The notes under the pieces: model-generated | What the model saw: only the letters and a program-made list of their open reading frames with translations | Databases searched by the model: none | What the model was told of the DNA's origin: nothing | From: Chthoniobacterales bacterium | GTDB lineage: Bacteria; Verrucomicrobiota; Verrucomicrobiia; Chthoniobacterales; UBA6821 | DNA: 64,000 nucleotides | Assembly (NCBI GenBank): GCA_026461395.1 | Contig: JAPJNA010000048.1 | Coordinates: 29,300 to 93,299 of the forward strand | Direction of reading: 5' to 3' | Program-made: the position numbers and the translations under genes | Part shown: positions 58,719-64,000 of the stretch, in pieces | How positions within the stretch are numbered: the stretch's first letter is position 1 | Layout: each line of letters opens with the position of its first letter

Positions 58719-58970
58719 ATGAAGTTGCACATTTTGACGGCTCTCGCATGCACTACGTTGCTCTCGGCAACCATCCATGCCGCCGAACCAATCCCCTATC
58801 CTTCGACAAAATGCATCGTGTCGGATGAAAAGCTCGGAGAGATGGGGCCACCCATCATGGTCGATTACAAGGGGCAGCAGGTAGGCTTCTGCTGCAAGTC
58901 GTGCATCGGTGACTTCGATAAGGAGCCCGCAAAGTATCTCGCCAAGCTCAAAGCTCCGGCCAAACCATGA
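58719..58970 (+). CDS. secreted YHS/TRASH-like metal-binding domain protein
   Basis: 83 aa. Signal peptide MKLHILTALACTTLLSATIHA, then KCIVSDEKL ... YKGQQVGFCCKSCIGDFDKEPAKYL, matching the YHS pattern C ... Y-G ... FC-x2-C-x3-F-x3-P-x-Y. Confidence 0.55.
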   Translation: MKLHILTALACTTLLSATIHAAEPIPYPSTKCIVSDEKLGEMGPPIMVDYKGQQVGFCCKSCIGDFDKEPAKYLAKLKAPAKP

Positions 58971-59094
58971 TGCCTGTTTTTTCATTTCCCACACTTCTCG
59001 ACCTTCGCCTCTCGACTTTCGACCCTCGACTCGGTTGCTCAGTGCCTCGGATTGCCCTGAAAGTCTTCAGCCTTCAGCCTAAACACCTATTCTC

Positions 59095-60234
59095 ATGTCC
59101 GATTCCCGTTACGATTCTCTAGCCCGAGTGCTCACCAGCCACTCAACGAAGCTGAAGGCCGGTGAGCGTGTCCTCATCGATGTTGCCGACACGCCGGAGG
59201 AGTTCGCAATCGCCCTGATCCGCGCCGCCCGCGCTGCCAAGGCGGAGCCCCATGTGGTGATGCACTCAGGACGGATCAGTCGCGAACTCGCGCTGGGTGT
59301 CACCGGTTCTCAGGCGTCGACAATGGCCGATATCGATCTCACTCGCCTAAAGAAGATGCAGGCCTATATCGCCGTGCGTGGTTCCCAGAACATCTCCGAG
59401 ATGGCTGACGTGCCGCAGTCCCAGATGGCTCTGCTCTCGGCAAAGCTCCGCCCCGCCCTCGACTACCGGATCAATAAGACGCGCTGGGTTGTCCTGCGCT
59501 GGCCGACTCCCTCAATGGCCCAGCAGGCGCAGATGAGCACGGAAGCCTTTGCCGAATTTTTCTTTCGTGTCTGCACACTGGATTATGCCGCGATGATCCC
59601 GGGCATGAAGGCCCTCAAGGCGCTCATGGACAAGACCGACCGTGTCGAGATCACGGGGCCGGGCACCGATCTGCGCTTCAGCATCAAGGGGATCGGCTCT
59701 GTCATCTGCGGCGGCGAGCACAATATCCCGGATGGTGAGGTCTTCTCCTGTCCGGTGAAGGATTCCGTAGAGGGTCATGTCACCTTCAATGCACCGACGC
59801 TGAACCGCGGGATCGCTTTCGACAACGTGCGCCTCGAGTTCTCGAAGGGGAAGGTCATCAAGGCAACAGCCAACAATACCAAGGCGCTAAACGAGATCCT
59901 CGACACGGATGCCGGAGCCCGCTTCATCGGAGAGTTCTCGCTAGGGTTCAATCCGCATATTCTTCACCCGATGCGCGATATTCTATTCGACGAGAAGATT
60001 GCCGGATCGTTTCACTTCACCCCCGGCCAGGCCTATGACGTCGCTGGTAATGGCAACAAGAGCGCCGTGCACTGGGATATGGTCTGCATTCAGCGCAAGG
60101 ACTACGGCGGCGGCGAGGTCTGGTTTGACGGGAAGCTGATCCGCAAGGACGGCCTTTTCGTGCCACCTGCGCTTCAGGCCTTGAATCCCGAAAGACTCCT
60201 TGGCAAGAAGGCCTCTCCCGCCAAGAAACGGTGA
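59095..60234 (+). CDS. M29-family aminopeptidase (AmpS/PepS-like)
   Basis: 379 aa. Its length and blocks ([25 protein letters not shown]) resemble thermophilic metalloaminopeptidase family M29. Confidence 0.75.
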   Translation: MSDSRYDSLARVLTSHSTKLKAGERVLIDVADTPEEFAIALIRAARAAKAEPHVVMHSGRISRELALGVTGSQASTMADIDLTRLKKMQAYIAVRGSQNISEMADVPQSQMALLSAKLRPALDYRINKTRWVVLRWPTPSMAQQAQMSTEAFAEFFFRVCTLDYAAMIPGMKALKALMDKTDRVEITGPGTDLRFSIKGIGSVICGGEHNIPDGEVFSCPVKDSVEGHVTFNAPTLNRGIAFDNVRLEFSKGKVIKATANNTKALNEILDTDAGARFIGEFSLGFNPHILHPMRDILFDEKIAGSFHFTPGQAYDVAGNGNKSAVHWDMVCIQRKDYGGGEVWFDGKLIRKDGLFVPPALQALNPERLLGKKASPAKKR

Positions 60235-60265
60235 TAGCAGCAAGTCGGGACCCGGAAACACAGTA

Positions 60266-60820
60266 ATGATACTCTGGCGCTACATCCTTGAGACGGTCCG
60301 GAAGTTTCATGAACTTCTCGATGCTAAGGACGCCCCGCATGCAGTGGCGGGGGGAACGGCGATCGGGATCTTCTTCGGATTCTTGCCCATCTTCGGACTC
60401 AAGACCCTGAGCGCCATGGGCGTCTCTTGGGTCACCCGCTGCAGCATGGTCGCGTCGGTGATCGGGGTTTCCGTGCATGACCTGCTTTTTCCGTTCTGGC
60501 CGCTGATTCTACGGTGGCAGTTCCAGATCGGCTTCTGGCTTATGAGTCATCCCCATCATTTCGCGCCAAAGCTTACGCGGGGAGATTTCAAGTTTTCCGA
60601 AATCTTTCAATGGGACAATTTTGTCAATATTGGACTTCCCCTGGTGATTGGAGGAACAGTGATTGCAATCCCAATCTCAGTAATCTTCTACCTCGGGGTG
60701 TTGGCCATCATGCGTTTTAGGCAGGCTAAAAAAGCGCAAAGGAAATCCGAAATGGTTGCTGAAAAAATGGGGGAGGAAGCCGTTTCGGAGATCACTGACA
60801 AGGCATGGGAGCAGCCCTGA
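60266..60820 (+). CDS. DUF2062-family membrane protein
   Basis: ORF 60200..60820 trimmed to ATG 60266. HAVAGGTAIGIFFGFLPIFGLK is typical of DUF2062. Confidence 0.6.
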   Translation: MILWRYILETVRKFHELLDAKDAPHAVAGGTAIGIFFGFLPIFGLKTLSAMGVSWVTRCSMVASVIGVSVHDLLFPFWPLILRWQFQIGFWLMSHPHHFAPKLTRGDFKFSEIFQWDNFVNIGLPLVIGGTVIAIPISVIFYLGVLAIMRFRQAKKAQRKSEMVAEKMGEEAVSEITDKAWEQP

Positions 60821-61059
60821 TCGATTTGGATCTGAGCTCTATTCAGAACTCCTGCTTGATCCAGTCGGTTGATTCCACGACCTGGTAGTCGCGGTGCCAG
60901 ATGCAGGATTGGAAACGGGTAAGAACTTATTGCCGTAGGAATGAGTGAAAGAGTGAAAGTGACAAGAGCATAAAACGGCCCTTAAAGGATGCCATCTGAT
61001 TCGGCGCTTCCCAATACCAACGGGAAAAGCCTATATTTTGCCCCCCAATCTCAATTTTT

Positions 61060-61938
61060 ATGGCGGATCCTATTCTCACTTTTGGCCTTCCTTCCGGCAG
61101 CCTCATGGAAGCAACCCTCTCGCTCTTCAAGCGGGCAGGCTTTTCCATTTCTGGGACCAGCCGCTCTTACCGCCCGCTCGTGGATGATCCGGAACTGCGC
61201 CTTCGCATGCTGCGCGCTCAGGAGATCAGCCGCTATGTGGAGGGGGGATTTCTGGATTGCGGCATCACCGGGCGCGATTGGGTCGAAGAGAATGGCTCCG
61301 ATGTCGAGGTGCTCGCCGAACTTCCCTACAGCAAGGCGACGGCCAATCCCACCCGCTGGGTGATCGCAGTTCCCGAGGACTCTTCCTATAAATCGGTCAA
61401 GGATCTGGAGGGGAAGCGCATCGCCACCGAGGCGATCGGCCTCACCCGCCGCTACTTCGAGAGCCACGGGGTGAAGGCGGAGTTTGAATTCTCCTGGGGC
61501 GCTACCGAGGTGAAGGTCCCCGATCTGGTCGATGCGATCGTTGACATCACGGAGACTGGATCCTCGCTTCGCGCGAACAATCTCCGGATCCTCGAGACGA
61601 TTATCGAGTCCTACCCGGTCTTTGTGTCCGGGAAGACCGCCTTCGAGGACAAATGGAAGCGGGAGAAAATGGAGAAGATCGCACTTCTTCTGGTCGGTGC
61701 TCTCACGGCACGCGACAAGGTCGGCCTCAAGATGAACCTCCCCCGCATAAAGTTGCAGAATCTCCTCGACGCACTACCCGCTCTCCGCAATCCTACAGTT
61801 TCGCCTCTGGCCCAAAACGACTGGGTGGCTGTGGAGACTGTCATCGACGAAAAAATCGTCCGGGAGATCATACCGCAACTGAAGTCACTCGGTGCCGAAG
61901 GCATCATCGAATACCCTCTGAACAAAGTCGTCTACTAA
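61060..61938 (+). CDS. hisG: ATP phosphoribosyltransferase (long form)
   Basis: 292 aa. LTFGLPSGSLMEATLSLFKRAGF, DITETGSSLRAN and a C-terminal regulatory domain. Confidence 0.9.
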   Translation: MADPILTFGLPSGSLMEATLSLFKRAGFSISGTSRSYRPLVDDPELRLRMLRAQEISRYVEGGFLDCGITGRDWVEENGSDVEVLAELPYSKATANPTRWVIAVPEDSSYKSVKDLEGKRIATEAIGLTRRYFESHGVKAEFEFSWGATEVKVPDLVDAIVDITETGSSLRANNLRILETIIESYPVFVSGKTAFEDKWKREKMEKIALLLVGALTARDKVGLKMNLPRIKLQNLLDALPALRNPTVSPLAQNDWVAVETVIDEKIVREIIPQLKSLGAEGIIEYPLNKVVY

Positions 61939-61991
61939 GGCGACTCAGACCTACAATTCTACGCAAGTAGTCCAGAACCGAACACAGCCCG

Positions 61992-62096
61992 ATGGGATCA
62001 ATCAAAAAGAAACGCAAAGCTAAGATCGCAAAGCACAAGCGCCGCAAGCGCATGAAGCTGAACCGCCACAAGAAGCGCCTGCGTTATAAGTCCTAG
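61992..62096 (+). CDS. 34-aa Lys/Arg-rich micro-protein resembling ribosomal protein bS22 (AURKAIP1/COX24-domain family); not in ORF track
   Basis: Hand translation: MGSIKKKRKAKIAKHKRRKRMKLNRHKKRLRYKS*. It lies between hisG and a strong terminator. Compare the MGS.IKKRRKRM.KKKHRKLL pattern recalled for bS22. Confidence 0.55.
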   Translation: MGSIKKKRKAKIAKHKRRKRMKLNRHKKRLRYKS

Positions 62097-62160
62097 TAAA
62101 GCTAGGCCCCGTTTAGGGCAACGCTTCGCCAGAGAATCGGCGGAGAAAATTTCAAGAGAA

Positions 62161-62200
62161 GGCTTCCGAAGAATACTTACGGAAGCCTTTTTCGTTTTTT
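62161..62200 (+). terminator. intrinsic terminator after the micro-protein gene
   Basis: GGCTTCCG-AAGAATACTTA-CGGAAGCC followed by TTTTTCGTTTTTT. Confidence 0.75.
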
Positions 62201-62328
62201 AGGCTGAGGCTTCCGCACTGGAATACTCACAGTGATGAAGGGGATAAAAGGGATGAGGAGCTGCAGCCGAGGGTATCTGCATTCTAGGGGGTAATTTCAA
62301 CCCTTCATCCCTGTGAATTACTCGGGTC

Positions 62329-63585
62329 TCAGGCCCCGATGTCGCGGCGGAGTTGCTTCCCCTCGAAGGCAATCTTGTCGGCAGCCGCATAAGCTTTCTT
62401 CCGAGCTTCCTCAAGTGTTGAGCCGAGTGCCGTGATACCGAGGACGCGTCCTCCACTCGTGAAAACCTGACCATCTTTCAAGGTGGTGCCGGCATGGAAG
62501 ACAACAACATCAGGATCTACAGATGCTTCCTCGATGCCAGTGATCACCTTGTTCTTCTCGATCGGCCCAGGATAGCCGCCGGAAGCCAGCACGATACAGA
62601 CTGCAACACGCTCGTCCCAGACGGGTGTAGTTTCGGATAGCTTCCCATCGATGGTGGCATCGATCAGATCGAGGAGATCGCTTTTCAGTCGGCGCATCAG
62701 AGACTGCGTTTCCGGATCACCAAATCGGCAGTTGAACTCCAAGACCTTTGGGCCTGTCGGCGTCATCATAAGTCCGGGGAAGAGCATCCCCTGGAAGGGA
62801 AGGTTATCGGCCGAGAGCCCCTTCACGAAGGGTTCCAGAACTTCTCGCTTGAGTCGCTCCTGCATTGCGGTACCGACGACGCCAGAGGGACTGATCGTCC
62901 CCATCCCTCCGGTATTCAATCCCTGATCTCCCTCGAGGGCTCGCTTATGATCCTTGGCATCGGGAAAGAGGAGATAGTTTTTCCCATCGATCAGCGCATG
63001 AAGAGAGCACTCCGGGCCGGTCAGAAACTCCTCGATGACCACAGTGTCGCCAGCCTCACCGAAGATCTTTTCGATCATGATCTCACGGATAGCTGCCTCA
63101 GCCTCTCCCTGAGTATGGGCAATCACCACCCCCTTGCCGAGAGCCAGTCCATCGGCCTTCACAACCATCGGATAACTTGCGTTGGCGCAATGAGTCAGAG
63201 CGGCTTCCGGGTTGGAGAAGGTGGCCGAGGCCGCCGTTGGAATCCCGTGACGGATCATGAATTCCTTGGCAAACGACTTCGAGGATTCAAGTCGGGCGGC
63301 AGCTACCACGGGCCCAAAGACACGAAGGCCCTCTTTCTGAAAAAGATCGACGATCCCTGCGGCGAGCGGGTCATCGGGACCGACAAGAGTCAGATCGACC
63401 TGTTCCGACTTGGCGAGTGCCAGCAGGCCGGGAAGATCGCTCGCTGCGACCGGATGATTGATGGCGAACGCCGCTGTCCCTGCATTCCCTGGGGCGCAAA
63501 TAAGCTCTGTCACACGCGGGCTCTGAGCCAGCTTCCAAAGAAGGGCATGCTCACGGCCACCCGATCCGATCACGAGAATTTTCAT
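62329..63585 (-). CDS. purD: phosphoribosylamine-glycine ligase
   Basis: 418 aa. MKILVIGSGGREHAL and ATP-grasp blocks. Confidence 0.95.
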   Translation of the reverse strand: MKILVIGSGGREHALLWKLAQSPRVTELICAPGNAGTAAFAINHPVAASDLPGLLALAKSEQVDLTLVGPDDPLAAGIVDLFQKEGLRVFGPVVAAARLESSKSFAKEFMIRHGIPTAASATFSNPEAALTHCANASYPMVVKADGLALGKGVVIAHTQGEAEAAIREIMIEKIFGEAGDTVVIEEFLTGPECSLHALIDGKNYLLFPDAKDHKRALEGDQGLNTGGMGTISPSGVVGTAMQERLKREVLEPFVKGLSADNLPFQGMLFPGLMMTPTGPKVLEFNCRFGDPETQSLMRRLKSDLLDLIDATIDGKLSETTPVWDERVAVCIVLASGGYPGPIEKNKVITGIEEASVDPDVVVFHAGTTLKDGQVFTSGGRVLGITALGSTLEEARKKAYAAADKIAFEGKQLRRDIGA

Positions 63586-63634
63586 CGTGAAAAGATGAAC
63601 CGCCCAGGCTTGTTCTGTCGAGAACGCTGAACTC

Positions 63635-64000
63635 TTACTTCTGCTCGAGCGGATGGCGTACGTCGGGTAGGATGGCGGTTATGGAAACCTCGATCTCCCT
63701 TTCCTGACCCAGCATATTCAGCAGGATCGCCACGCGTTCACGAGCCGGCAGGACACGGGTGACCAGGGCGCGGACTCCCAGGAAGGGACCCTCAATCACC
63801 CTTATCTCCTCTCCCTCCTTGATTTCGCAGGCGATCTCTACGGTCTCGTTGTCAGCCACATGGTGTCTTAGGTCAGTGATAATCAAGTCATCCAGAACGG
63901 CTGGCCTGTTACCGAAAGAGAGCGTCTTGGCAACACCGCTGGTCGCGGCGATGCGACGGTAAAGCTCCGGATATACAAAGCGGACAAAGATGTAACCGGG
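63635..64000 (-). CDS. NusG-family transcription antiterminator paralog (5' end outside window)
   Basis: The frame stays open to the window edge. Hand translation of 63887-64000 gives PGYIFVRFVYPELYRRIAATSGVAKTLSFGNRPAVLDD (NGN domain), continuing into the KOW-like IRVIEGPFLGVRALVTRV. The M at 63886 in the ORF track is an internal TTG. Confidence 0.75.
   Translation of the reverse strand, partial: PGYIFVRFVYPELYRRIAATSGVAKTLSFGNRPAVLDDLIITDLRHHVADNETVEIACEIKEGEEIRVIEGPFLGVRALVTRVLPARERVAILLNMLGQEREIEVSITAILPDVRHPLEQK

Overview
This is a 64-kb chromosomal window from a Gram-negative bacterium, gene-dense and moderately GC-rich. Several outer-membrane beta-barrel genes are present. Translation leaders are mostly Shine-Dalgarno-poor and CA-rich, which is compatible with a PVC/Verrucomicrobia-like lineage, but that is only a guess. 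All calls rest on reading the supplied ORF translations for family motifs and reading the intergenic DNA by eye; no searches or computations were run.

Content in order:
- 47-7043: a tightly coupled aa3-type cytochrome c oxidase structural and biogenesis cluster, coxB-coxA-ctaA-ctaB-[41-aa micro-ORF]-coxC-sco-[87-aa CxxC protein]-DUF420.
- 7091-10589: a protein with a Cys-rich tail, an APC permease fused to a USP domain, a VOC protein and a DUF4239 protein.
- 10598-17188: thiC behind a TPP riboswitch with a terminator-type expression platform, then ftsY-nusB-ribH-ribBA-mnmA.
- 17350-25112: a small OM barrel, tRNA-Met(CAU), rpsT, dxs-xseB, a polytopic membrane protein, an orphan sigma54 response regulator, an SDR and rpsU.
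- 25248-28919: a 1223-aa ABCG-like transporter with TerB-like and FHA-like N-terminal modules.
- 28994-31427: an ars operon, arsR-DUF6428-like-arsC-acr3, with an operator-like palindrome.
- 31587-33362: an MsbA-like exporter.
- 33561-38884: two paralogous amt-glnK pairs flanking an antisense fabF. The first pair has a canonical sigma54 promoter.
- 38885-42106: an ABC/HlyD pair whose ATPase domain is degenerate in every catalytic motif except Walker A.
- 42215-51441: transglutaminase-like protein, galE, tatD, an amino-acid ABC importer without a binding protein, a SulP plus beta-carbonic anhydrase pair, an OM barrel and small membrane proteins.
- 51.6-59 kb: a metal-homeostasis island. It contains a secreted 54-aa peptide with 9 Cys, a CnrYXH-like anti-sigma/periplasmic sensor/ECF sigma module, a secreted Cys/His protein, a four-repeat membrane protein, a P1B-4 (SPC/HEGxT) ATPase, an OM barrel, a CxxC membrane protein and a YHS-like periplasmic protein.
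- 59095-64000: M29 aminopeptidase, DUF2062, hisG, an untracked 34-aa bS22-like micro-protein, purD and a truncated NusG paralog.

I saw no rRNA, CRISPR array, transposase, integrase or phage genes. The most interesting candidate is the Cys-based ECF-controlled metal module with its shared promoter-like motif (51647-53817). Next are the catalytically degenerate ABC/HlyD exporter and several unannotated micro-proteins.
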